A stretch of DNA of 62,919 nt from Candidatus Planktophila sp. (GTDB lineage: Bacteria > Actinomycetota > Actinomycetes > Nanopelagicales > Nanopelagicaceae): assembly GCA_044239085.1 (NCBI GenBank), contig JBIICC010000001.1:1-62919 (forward strand), written 5' to 3'. The notes beneath the pieces are model-generated. The model searched no databases. It saw only the letters and a list, made by a program, of their open reading frames with translations, and had not been told where the DNA came from. Position numbers and translations under genes: made by a program. Below are positions 51,991-61,135 of the stretch, in pieces. How positions within the stretch are numbered: the stretch's first letter is position 1; every line of letters starts with the position of its first letter.

Positions 51991-53109
51991 TCAATCAGAT
52001 GCAGTAAGTGTGAGAGTTGCACTCTTCAGTGTTCCACCACGCTTGTAGGTTATCTTGACTTTATCGCCCACATTCTTCGAGCGAATAGCGACGATGAGTT
52101 CTTCTGAAGATGTAATGGCTCTTCCATCAAACTCTGTAATGATGTCACCGGCATTTAGCCCCGCCTTCTCTGCAGGACTACCTTTAGATATCGAACCCGC
52201 GTTCTTCGCAATCATCGCGCCACTTCCAGAGTAATTCATATCGACTGAAACTCCGATTACCGGATACGTGGCCTTGCCGTTCTTGATCAATTGTTGAGCC
52301 GTCTTTCGTGCCTGGTTGATTGGAATTGCGAAACCAAGTCCGATGGAGCCTGTCTGCGAATTGAGCATTGACCCCAAAGTAGCAATTGCTGAGTTAACAC
52401 CGATTACCGCACCAGTTGAATCGACAAGTGGTCCACCGCTGTTGCCTGGGTTGATAGCTGCATCGGTCTGAAGAGCATTGATAAATGAATTTTGCGATTG
52501 AGATTCACCTGCAGTAACGGCACGGTTCTTTGCGCTGATAATTCCAAGTGTCACCGTACCTGTGAGGCCTAACGGTGATCCGATTGCAATGACTGAATCA
52601 CCAACCGCCACCTTCTCGCTATCTCCGAATTGGAGAGCTTTAAGCGAGGTCGCATTAATTTTCAAAACAGCCAAATCATAGGAACTATCACGGCCAATAA
52701 TCTTGGCTGGGTAGCTTGAGCCGTCATTGAGACGGACAGAGATTGATCCACCACTGCTTACCGATTCAGCGATAACGTGATTATTTGTGAGAATGTAGCC
52801 AGAGCTATCAATCACAAAGCCAGATCCTGTTGAACCTCCATCGCTTGCTGTGGCCCTGATTGAGACCACGGATGGAAGAACTCGCTGGGCAATCTCAGCA
52901 ACTGAGCCGATAGGTCTCTCAATATTTGAGGATGATTTCACTAAATTGATATCGCGACCAAAGAGCGTCCCTGTTGAAGATGCGCCGAAAGTTCCAGCAA
53001 CAACTCCCACTATAACTGCTAGCGCTATCGCTGATTTAATCGAGATTGGCCTATTAATTCCTCGCGAGCTGGGGGCGCTCCACCAAGGGCCAGTATTAAA
53101 GTCACTCAC
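51991..53109 (-). CDS. HtrA-family serine protease with PDZ domain
   Basis: TNNHV, DLAV, QTDAAINPGNSGG, PDZ. Confidence 0.94.
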   Translation of the reverse strand: MSDFNTGPWWSAPSSRGINRPISIKSAIALAVIVGVVAGTFGASSTGTLFGRDINLVKSSSNIERPIGSVAEIAQRVLPSVVSIRATASDGGSTGSGFVIDSSGYILTNNHVIAESVSSGGSISVRLNDGSSYPAKIIGRDSSYDLAVLKINATSLKALQFGDSEKVAVGDSVIAIGSPLGLTGTVTLGIISAKNRAVTAGESQSQNSFINALQTDAAINPGNSGGPLVDSTGAVIGVNSAIATLGSMLNSQTGSIGLGFAIPINQARKTAQQLIKNGKATYPVIGVSVDMNYSGSGAMIAKNAGSISKGSPAEKAGLNAGDIITEFDGRAITSSEELIVAIRSKNVGDKVKITYKRGGTLKSATLTLTASD

Positions 53110-53149
53110 AAACAGATCTCCAATTTTTCACATCAATTGTAACTTTTAA

Positions 53150-53776
53150 TTACAACTTTGTAGCAAGAAGCAATCCATCGCCAATTGGCGCCAAGGATGT
53201 CACCCACGAGTCAGTATCGCTCTTAATGGATTTACCCGCATCACGAAGAGCGATTGTCTTTGAATCGCGTTGCGCAGGATCTGGAACTTTTCCGCCACCG
53301 AAGAAATTATCAATGACAAATACTCCACCGCTTCGAAGAATTCTATGAGCCTCTGATATTGCAAAGCTGAGATCTTCAGGATTGTGTCGGAAAACAACGA
53401 GATCGTATGCGCGATCAGTGAGCTTGGTCATGACATCCATTACTGAATTAGTAATTAAACGAAAACGGGGCTGTTCAATCTCTGCTTCCGCGAGGGCAAT
53501 CTTTGCAATAGAGGTATGTTCCATCTCGTCATCAATAGATGTCAGCGTTCCGCTTGAGAGCATTCCCTCAAGTAACCAGAGTGAGCCAACCCCTGATCCT
53601 GTACCGACTTCAACAACAGATTGTGCCTTTATCTGATGAGCTAACTGCCTGAGATAAGCCCCTGCACCTTGCGATACATCCGTTACGCCATTTTCAACTC
53701 CACGGGCACGTGCAGCGCTCTTTACAGAATCTTCAGCGATAAAGGTCTCTGAGTAATCGTGAGGATCTATATTCAT
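53150..53776 (-). CDS. O-methyltransferase
   Basis: VVEVGTGSGVGS and PIGDGLL; ATGA overlap with aminopeptidase stop. Confidence 0.88.
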   Translation of the reverse strand: MNIDPHDYSETFIAEDSVKSAARARGVENGVTDVSQGAGAYLRQLAHQIKAQSVVEVGTGSGVGSLWLLEGMLSSGTLTSIDDEMEHTSIAKIALAEAEIEQPRFRLITNSVMDVMTKLTDRAYDLVVFRHNPEDLSFAISEAHRILRSGGVFVIDNFFGGGKVPDPAQRDSKTIALRDAGKSIKSDTDSWVTSLAPIGDGLLLATKL

Positions 53777-55299
53777 GAGAGAGACACTATCCAATCAAGG
53801 AATAAACGCACGCCGAAACCAGTCCCGCCTTTCACATTTTCTCCTGAATCCGTCTCACTTCTGCCAGTTCCTGCAATATCAAGGTGGACCCATCGAGAAT
53901 CTCCTACAAAGTGCTCGAGGTAGAGAGCTGCGGTAACAGATCCTGCCGAGTAATCGCCTTTATCTGCTGCATGATTTAAATCCGCGATATCGCTCTCAAG
54001 TGAATCTGCATAATCATCTATGAGAGGCATCTGCCAAACGCGCTCTCCACTTGATTCTCCTAGCGCTACAAATTGCTGTGCCAATTTATCGTCGCGTGAA
54101 TAAATCGCCGCATGTTGTCTTCCCAATCCAAGGGTTGCAGAGCCTGTGAGCGTTGCAATATCTATGAGGTAATCAGGATCAAGGTTCTCAACTGCATAGG
54201 CCAATCCATCTGCCAAGACTAATCGTCCCTCAGCATCAGTATTAATAATCTCAACTGTCGTTCCACCGTATTGCGTGATTACATCGGATGGACGTTGAGC
54301 AGTTCCGGAGAGCGCATTCTCTGCACACATCATTAAAACTGTAACGCGTACGAGTGGTTTAAGTGCAGGAAGGGCGCTGATTGTTGCAAGAGCTGCTGCT
54401 GCTCCTGCCATATCGCTCTTCATCGCTGTCATAAATTCATAGGGACGTTTGAGCGAGACTCCGCCGGTATCAAAAGTTATTCCTTTACCAACAATAACAA
54501 TGTGCGGAAGCGCAGCTGCTGCACTTGCCTTTAATCGAGGCAGATAGGAAAGTTCGATAAATCGTGGTCCAGGATTTGGCGAAGAGTTTCCGACTGCGCG
54601 TAATCCGCCAAATGGAGCGAGCTCTTTTCCAGATAAAACTTTTATTGCAAGGCCCTTTTCATCGGCGATTTTCTTTGCTTCATCAGCCATCCATTGGGGA
54701 TTCTTAATATTTGAAGGCGTGTGAATCATATCTCTTGCGGTGTAAAGCGCCTCTGCAATGACAGATGCTCTCTGGACAGTCTCTTCATCTTTTGTCGCCA
54801 GAACAATCGAGGGAATTTCTGCAGCTTTCTCAGTTTTCAAATTCCATACATAGGCTCCGAGAAGCGCTGAGACTCCATGTGCCTTTAATTGCGATGCGCT
54901 CTCGGCGCAGAGAGAGATCACTTCAACCGCCTTGCCCCGTACCTTGCGACCAATTGCAGCGCCGGCTGCGCGGTACGCAGTAAGTGATTCATCACCAAGC
55001 CCGACTAGATAAAGGCGTTCAATATCGGATTGTTCGTGCAGGACTGGAATTTCAAAGAGTTCACCCGCTTTTGCTGAAGGCGAGAAGAATGAGACCTCAT
55101 CTACAAGATTTATCTCAAAGTAACTTTGAATTGAATTAAGGAGCTTCTTGCTCCCGTGAAAAGATATTGATCCTTCAGAGTTCTTAGTGAACCCGAGCGC
55201 TAGAACATCTGCCCCAATAATTGACTCAAGCTCAGGAGCAACTGCGCGAAGAATTTCTAAATCCGCTCTACTTCTTAATGAGGGCGACAGCTGCTTCAA
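53773..55299 (-). CDS. M17 leucyl aminopeptidase
   Basis: VGKGITFDTGG, MKSDM, NTDAEGRL, HLDIAG; start uncertain. Confidence 0.93.
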   Translation of the reverse strand: MKQLSPSLRSRADLEILRAVAPELESIIGADVLALGFTKNSEGSISFHGSKKLLNSIQSYFEINLVDEVSFFSPSAKAGELFEIPVLHEQSDIERLYLVGLGDESLTAYRAAGAAIGRKVRGKAVEVISLCAESASQLKAHGVSALLGAYVWNLKTEKAAEIPSIVLATKDEETVQRASVIAEALYTARDMIHTPSNIKNPQWMADEAKKIADEKGLAIKVLSGKELAPFGGLRAVGNSSPNPGPRFIELSYLPRLKASAAAALPHIVIVGKGITFDTGGVSLKRPYEFMTAMKSDMAGAAAALATISALPALKPLVRVTVLMMCAENALSGTAQRPSDVITQYGGTTVEIINTDAEGRLVLADGLAYAVENLDPDYLIDIATLTGSATLGLGRQHAAIYSRDDKLAQQFVALGESSGERVWQMPLIDDYADSLESDIADLNHAADKGDYSAGSVTAALYLEHFVGDSRWVHLDIAGTGRSETDSGENVKGGTGFGVRLFLDWIVSLS

Positions 55300-55447
55300 G
55301 CGCTGCGCTGAGATTGCTCGCCTCTTGAGGCTTAAGTTCTACAACAAGTCGACCGCCACCTTCGAGTGGGATACGCATGACTAACTTGCGCGCTTCGTGA
55401 GTTACTTCCATTGGTCCATCACCAGTACGGGGTTTCATAGCTGCCAT
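55268..55447 (-). CDS. DUF3117 family protein, 59 aa (not in ORF track)
   Basis: MAAMKPRTGDGPMEV..MRIPLEGGGRLVVEL; AAGGAG SD upstream. Confidence 0.93.
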   Translation of the reverse strand: MAAMKPRTGDGPMEVTHEARKLVMRIPLEGGGRLVVELKPQEASNLSAALEAAVALIKK

Positions 55448-55549
55448 GGTGGGGACTCCTTGTGACTATATGGATCAGACGGGTGCAGTTGGAAATCCAG
55501 TGCAGGGAGAAGTATCTCGCAGAATCAGCCCGAGGTGAAATCGAGGCAT

Positions 55550-55741
55550 TTATATGCCCAAAAATGCGGTTAATCGCTTCTTTCCGCTATCAATAACAAC
55601 CTGCACAGATTTCTCTGGAACCCCCAGCAGTTGCGCAATCTCAGAGGCGCTCTTCGAGCGAAGGTAGTGAAGGGTCAGGATAAAGCGCTCTTCTTCGGGA
55701 AGAGAGGCGAGCAACTCAGCCAAAGTCTTGGGATTGCTCAT
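55550..55741 (-). CDS. Stand-alone sigma-70 region-4-like HTH protein
   Basis: LASLPEEERFILTLHY..SASEIAQLLGVPEKSV; TAATCT 6 nt upstream. Confidence 0.75.
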   Translation of the reverse strand: MSNPKTLAELLASLPEEERFILTLHYLRSKSASEIAQLLGVPEKSVQVVIDSGKKRLTAFLGI

Positions 55742-55767
55742 AGACCTAGATTACTCGCGAATTAGAG

Positions 55768-56217
55768 TTACGAGAATGATCGAGCAAATCGATAGAGTGA
55801 GATGCGCACCCCAGCGTAGAAAAATGGTGCGATAAGCATAAACACCACCCGCGGAGCTTCTATCGTCTCTGACCAATCGAATTGAGTAAGGCTCTCGCCT
55901 TCTCTGGTCAGAACAAACGAGCCAGTGCCTTTCAAAACTTTACCTACATGTACGACATCGCACCGAGAAGGTTCTTCCCACTTTGTTACGGTCATGAGAT
56001 CTAGCAATCCTGGGGATTTTAAACGTGGATAAAACTTATAGAGCGGTCCTGTAAATGCAGCAATGGAAGTTCCTACACCTGAAGAAATCTCGGAAGTTAC
56101 CCACACTTTAGTTTGGAGCATCCACTCTCCTTGTGATTCCCAATCTGCAATTCGGCGCCAGACTTCTACTTGAGGGGCTTTTATCTTAAATGAAATTGCG
56201 AGAGTGTTAGTAGCCAC
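55768..56217 (-). CDS. SRPBCC (START-like) family protein
   Basis: VW..IADWESQGEWML.T, D.M.VT.W, H.G..GTG; GTG 56217. Confidence 0.82.
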   Translation of the reverse strand: MATNTLAISFKIKAPQVEVWRRIADWESQGEWMLQTKVWVTSEISSGVGTSIAAFTGPLYKFYPRLKSPGLLDLMTVTKWEEPSRCDVVHVGKVLKGTGSFVLTREGESLTQFDWSETIEAPRVVFMLIAPFFYAGVRISLYRFARSFS

Positions 56218-56218
56218 T

Positions 56219-56758
56219 CTATTTGCCTCCGTGTGCAATTGAAATCGCTTCATCGACCGTTGTCGTCCAATGGAGTAAATCTCTCATTCCTGGTTTAACA
56301 AATTTCTCATCCTCGAGATGCTCAACCAGTACATGTAGTGGTTGATAAACTCCAAAAGGATCCAAAATAATTACAGGCTTGTCATGGAATTTTAAGTATC
56401 GACCTACCCAAATTTCAAAGAGCTCTTCAAGGGTTCCGAGTCCGCCAGGTAAGGTGATGAAGGCATCGGAGAGCTCTTCGATTTTCGCCTTACGTGTTCG
56501 CATCGATTCAACAACTATTAACTCATCGCTATCGTGGTCGGCGAATTCAATATCAACCAACTTCTGCGGAATGACTCCGATTGTTCTGCCTTTTCTACTG
56601 CGAGCGCCGCGAGATACCGCACCCATCGCTGAAATATGGCCGCCACCTGAGACCAACTCGGCACCACTATCGGCGATACCAGAGCCGAGTTCATAGGCGA
56701 GGTCAATATATTTTGAATCTATAGATGGAGAGGACGAACAAAAGACCGCGATGCGCAT
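56219..56758 (-). CDS. LOG family nucleotide phosphoribohydrolase
   Basis: PGGLGTLEE, M..RK, KPVI. Confidence 0.92.
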   Translation of the reverse strand: MRIAVFCSSSPSIDSKYIDLAYELGSGIADSGAELVSGGGHISAMGAVSRGARSRKGRTIGVIPQKLVDIEFADHDSDELIVVESMRTRKAKIEELSDAFITLPGGLGTLEELFEIWVGRYLKFHDKPVIILDPFGVYQPLHVLVEHLEDEKFVKPGMRDLLHWTTTVDEAISIAHGGK

Positions 56759-56788
56759 GAGGGACAGAATAGGGGTTAGGCTTAGAAC

Positions 56789-57706
56789 ATGTCTTCTTTA
56801 GCTCATGGCCATGGAATCGCAACGCTATCTGGTTCAACAGTTCTCGATGTCTGGTTTCCGGCACCTGCACTAGGAGCACTCACCGGCTCTCCTGATCAAT
56901 CACTTGTTGCGATGGTTGGCAAAGATGCAATACGTGATGTATCGAGAGAAATTGTCTCCCTTGAAATTGACCTTAGCGTTCCACCTGAGGATGCCAAAGA
57001 TGCATATCTCCGCCTTCATCTTCTCTCGCATCGTTTAGTCAAGCCTCATGGTCAATCTTTAGATGGGATCTTCGGATTACTAACAAATGTTGTCTGGACA
57101 TCAGCTGGACCATGTGCAGTTGAAGGTTTTGAATCCACTCGTGCGCGCTTGAAAGCTCACTTCGGGCATGTCACAGTCTTTGGCGTCGATAAGTTCCCAC
57201 GAATGGTTGATTACGTTATTCCAACAGGAGTGCGTATCGCGGATGCAGATCGCGTTCGCCTGGGTGCATATCTCTCATCAGGAACAACGGTGATGCATGA
57301 AGGTTTTATCAACTTCAATGCCGGGACTCTCGGAACTTCAATGGTCGAAGGTCGCATCTCAGCTGGCGTCGTTGTCGGTGATGGCACCGATGTCGGTGGC
57401 GGAGCATCAATTATGGGAACGCTCTCTGGTGGTGGAAAAGAAGTTATCTCAGTTGGCCAGAAGTGTCTTCTGGGTGCCAACTCTGGTTTGGGAATTTCAC
57501 TCGGCGATAACTGCGTGATTGAAGCCGGTACTTATATAACTGCAGCATCAAAGGTGACCTTGCCTGATGGAGAAGTTGTTAAGGCTGCTACTTTATCTGG
57601 TGCACATAATCTTCTATTCCGTCGAAATTCACTTACCGGCGGACTCGAAGTAGTGATGCGCACTGGCACTTGGGGCGGATTAAACTCAGTACTTCACGCT
57701 AACTAA
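56789..57706 (+). CDS. dapD: Tetrahydrodipicolinate N-succinyltransferase
   Basis: [40 protein letters not shown]. Confidence 0.96.
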   Translation: MSSLAHGHGIATLSGSTVLDVWFPAPALGALTGSPDQSLVAMVGKDAIRDVSREIVSLEIDLSVPPEDAKDAYLRLHLLSHRLVKPHGQSLDGIFGLLTNVVWTSAGPCAVEGFESTRARLKAHFGHVTVFGVDKFPRMVDYVIPTGVRIADADRVRLGAYLSSGTTVMHEGFINFNAGTLGTSMVEGRISAGVVVGDGTDVGGGASIMGTLSGGGKEVISVGQKCLLGANSGLGISLGDNCVIEAGTYITAASKVTLPDGEVVKAATLSGAHNLLFRRNSLTGGLEVVMRTGTWGGLNSVLHAN

Positions 57707-57725
57707 TCTGAGTTAATTATTCTGA

Positions 57726-58925
57726 TTAACCAACAAGATTGAAGTACGGTGAAGGAATTTTCACTCGACTTCTAAAGGTATCCCCACGCAATAACTTTGT
57801 AGAGCCATTACTTGAAGTGCCCTTTATATAGGTAACAGCTCCTGCTGTGTTTCTCGACATGATTTCAAGTGTGATGATGTCAGGCAGTAAGAATGCCGTT
57901 GCAACAACGCTCTGATCGGCAGATGCGCTCCAGTTAGCAAAGCGCGGATTATTCTTCACCTCAACGCTTGCTGAATCTGGAACAGATTGCGTATACGCAG
58001 TTGCCGTACCCCAAGCATCAAGAGTTGTTTGTGTTGCTCCGCCAGATGAGGATGAGTAGTACGCCTGAATAGGCTTTCCCTTACTTAAGATTGCCAAACT
58101 TGTGAAGGTATCAACATTGGTACGCACAACTGCCCTCTTCCACAGTTTTCCAAATCTTGGCTCTGCCTCTTTTGAAAACCCTACAAAATTTTGATCTGCG
58201 ATATGAGAATACACATGGCAATCGCAGGAAGGTTTAATCGTCGTAATCTTGGAGAGCGCATACGAGCGCGCCGCAATTGCTTGTGCTTCTAGAACTGCAG
58301 CGGGCCAATTAGATGGCACTTCGCTAATTCCCCACAGATACTCATCATGAAGCGATAAAGATGTTGTTACTTCCATTAGCCCTTTAACGAGCTTTACTTG
58401 AATTTGCCCATATCTATAGCGATCAGTCTTACCAGATTGAGTGACTGAGATAGTTGGAGATGGTCCAATCCAGCGAATCGTAAGCGCCTTACTCTTAAGT
58501 AAACCCACCGAAATACTCTTATCTTCAAGGATGAAATTCACTCTCTGCTTTGAAGCAAGTGATAACACGGGGAGAGCCGGTGAATTGAGAAGAAGATCTC
58601 CCTCAAAAATCTGCACAACAGTACCTGCATTGGCTCCAACCACAGAAAATTCCTTGAGTGATTTACCAATATTGACGCGGATAGTGTGTGAATCCACTAC
58701 TGGTGTAACCACAACATCTTTGTAGTAATAGTTAAGGATTGCAGTGGCGCTTTCTCCAGCTAAAGCTCTCGCCTTAGCACCAATCTGACTCATTCCAACG
58801 CCGTGCCCATAACCAGATCCGGTAAATGAGAAGCTAGCGGGTGCTTGCGCTTGTGCAGGATTTGGAGAGATAGAGAGTGCAAGGGCAAGCGCTATTAGAA
58901 CCCTTATCGACTTCATTATCTTCAC
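57726..58925 (-). CDS. SpoIID/LytB domain secreted protein
   Basis: Signal peptide, GYGHGVGMSQ, EYL.G..EVP..W..LEAQAIAARSY; alternative start 58916. Confidence 0.88.
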   Translation of the reverse strand: MKIMKSIRVLIALALALSISPNPAQAQAPASFSFTGSGYGHGVGMSQIGAKARALAGESATAILNYYYKDVVVTPVVDSHTIRVNIGKSLKEFSVVGANAGTVVQIFEGDLLLNSPALPVLSLASKQRVNFILEDKSISVGLLKSKALTIRWIGPSPTISVTQSGKTDRYRYGQIQVKLVKGLMEVTTSLSLHDEYLWGISEVPSNWPAAVLEAQAIAARSYALSKITTIKPSCDCHVYSHIADQNFVGFSKEAEPRFGKLWKRAVVRTNVDTFTSLAILSKGKPIQAYYSSSSGGATQTTLDAWGTATAYTQSVPDSASVEVKNNPRFANWSASADQSVVATAFLLPDIITLEIMSRNTAGAVTYIKGTSSNGSTKLLRGDTFRSRVKIPSPYFNLVG

Positions 58926-58926
58926 T

Positions 58927-59925
58927 TTATCCCTTAGGCACTAGCGATTTGGGTGAAGTTAAGAAACCTGCTCCCCAAGCAAAATGCATGGTTGGAATAA
59001 CAAGAAGCAAAATGAAGATTTCACGGATAGATTGTGAAATCTTTACAGATGCAAAAACTGTGAAGAGAGCATAAATCGCAGCGGGAATGAAGAAGACTGG
59101 ATGTAAGAGTGATCCAGTAAAAATCGAGAGTGTGAATCCAACTAGCGCAACTGGCGGCGCTAGATATCGGTAATTGATTGTTCCGGGATGTCTACGTGAA
59201 ACAACACGACGCCATCTGCCGTACTCAAAATACTGCTTTGCAAGTGCCCGCAGATTAGGCCGGGGACGATAGATGACTTGCAAGCGGGGATCAAAATAAA
59301 TTGTTCCGCCATTCTCCCTTAGCCGGAAGTTAAGTTCCCAATCTTGAGCACGTGTAAATCTCTCATCAAATCCACCTATGGCAAGTAGCGCTTCACGTCG
59401 AAAGGCACCTAGGTAGACGGTATCTACAACGCCGGCAACGCCACCAGTGTGAAAACGTGAAGCGCCAACCCCAAATGGACTTCGCATTGCACCCGCAACA
59501 GCTTTCTCAAATCTACTTTTTCCGACTGCAGCCATTACTCCGCCCACATTTACGGCGCCGCTAGCGTTTAAGGTTTCAACAACAAGTGAGATGTAATTTT
59601 GAGGAATCTGGGCATGTCCATCAACGCGAACAACGACTGGGCTAGCAGATTTTTTGAGAGCGAGATTTAAGCCTGCTGCAGTACGCCCAGTTGGATTCTC
59701 AACAATTACCACTCGCGAATCTGATTGTGAAATTTTCCGTGCGATTTCTAGAGTTCTATCTCTAGATGGACCGATTGCCAAAATCACTTCAAAGATTCCG
59801 CGATAATCCTGAGAGAGAATTGAGAGAACTGCACTCTCTAAATGACGTTCTTCATTGAGGACAGGCAGAATCACACTCACGCTTGGCAGCGGTGAGCCAG
59901 GTAACTCTTGTATATGTGTCGCCAT
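58927..59925 (-). CDS. GT2 glycosyltransferase
   Basis: SVILPVLNE, RVDGH, DTVYLG, QDWELN, QYFEYG. Confidence 0.92.
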   Translation of the reverse strand: MATHIQELPGSPLPSVSVILPVLNEERHLESAVLSILSQDYRGIFEVILAIGPSRDRTLEIARKISQSDSRVVIVENPTGRTAAGLNLALKKSASPVVVRVDGHAQIPQNYISLVVETLNASGAVNVGGVMAAVGKSRFEKAVAGAMRSPFGVGASRFHTGGVAGVVDTVYLGAFRREALLAIGGFDERFTRAQDWELNFRLRENGGTIYFDPRLQVIYRPRPNLRALAKQYFEYGRWRRVVSRRHPGTINYRYLAPPVALVGFTLSIFTGSLLHPVFFIPAAIYALFTVFASVKISQSIREIFILLLVIPTMHFAWGAGFLTSPKSLVPKG

Positions 59926-59961
59926 CAGCCCTCCACGGTATCGCCCAAGTATCCTACGGAA

Positions 59962-61068
59962 GTGAAATCAAAGCGTGCGATTCGGATAATGACATCACTC
60001 TCACTTGGTGTTGTCTTTGTTGCATCTCTATCGTGGCTTGGTTTAGGTCAGGTCAGTGGCCAAATTTCTAGAATCAATGTCTTTGGGAACCTCTCTGATC
60101 GCCCTGAGAAAACATCTCGCGCTCTTAACTATCTCGTTGTCGGCTCTGACTCCCGCGAGGGTCTCACGCCTGACGAGATTAGAAAGTTGAAGGTAGGAAG
60201 TACCGCAGTTGCCGCAGGTGGACGTTCTGACACTATGTTCTTAGTTCATATAAGTAAGAAGCGTGATGCAGCTTTTTTCATCTCTCTTCCGCGAGACACC
60301 TTAGTGCAAGTTCCTGCCCACATTAGTCAAGATGGAACAACTGACATTCCAGAGCGGCCAGGAAAACTCAATGCATCATTTGCATTTGGTGGAGCTCCAC
60401 TACTTATTCAAACAATTGAAGCTAAGACCAATTTGAAGATTGACCACTATGTAGAAATAAATTTCGCTGGGTTTACCGGTGTTGTCGATGCTTTAGGTGG
60501 GATTGAAGTTTGTTCTAAAGTGGCAATCAATGACCCAAAGAGCCACCTCGTACTGAGCGCCGGCACACATACCCTTGGTGGATTGGAAGCTCTCAAATAT
60601 GTGAGAACTCGCGATTTCGACGGCCGTGGAGATATCGGTCGCATGGAACGTCAGCAACAATTTGTGAGTGCAGTACTGCGTAAAGCAACGAGCACAGGAA
60701 TACTTCTCAATCCAATCAAGCTAGCAAATTTCTACAACGCCACAATCTCAACTGTGAAGCTAGATGAAGACCTCGATAAAAACGACCTCTTAACTCTTGC
60801 AAAGCAGATGCGCAATCTCTCTTCAGGAAATATTCGTACGCTGACGGTTCCGATAGCCAATCCAAATGGACGCCACCCTGAAGTTGGATCTGTCGTTATT
60901 TGGGATGAAGTCCTGGCCGCCGATCTCTGGACTCGCGTGCGTGATGATGAAGCCCTCATTGATAAGGTCAAGAAGAAGAAGGTAGCCACTGCTACCGAAA
61001 AAACGGAAGCAATTGATAAATTTAAGAGCAAGACCGCTGCAGAAAACCCGTGTGCTCCGGTTCAATAA
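59962..61068 (+). CDS. LCP (LytR-CpsA-Psr) family cell-wall ligase
   Basis: LVVGSDSR, RSDT, SLPRD, KLN, R.ERQQ; GTG 59962 is 6 nt after TATCCT. Confidence 0.92.
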   Translation: MKSKRAIRIMTSLSLGVVFVASLSWLGLGQVSGQISRINVFGNLSDRPEKTSRALNYLVVGSDSREGLTPDEIRKLKVGSTAVAAGGRSDTMFLVHISKKRDAAFFISLPRDTLVQVPAHISQDGTTDIPERPGKLNASFAFGGAPLLIQTIEAKTNLKIDHYVEINFAGFTGVVDALGGIEVCSKVAINDPKSHLVLSAGTHTLGGLEALKYVRTRDFDGRGDIGRMERQQQFVSAVLRKATSTGILLNPIKLANFYNATISTVKLDEDLDKNDLLTLAKQMRNLSSGNIRTLTVPIANPNGRHPEVGSVVIWDEVLAADLWTRVRDDEALIDKVKKKKVATATEKTEAIDKFKSKTAAENPCAPVQ

Positions 61069-61135
61069 TCCCTAGTAGTCCTCAAATGCTGTCAATATGT
61101 GAAGAATTTATTGAGGCTGCAATAGACTCACCGAC

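Noticed and set aside
57726-58925. SpoIID as a sign of sporulation
   Set aside because: SpoIID/LytB domains are common in non-sporulating bacteria, and it sits among cell-wall genes
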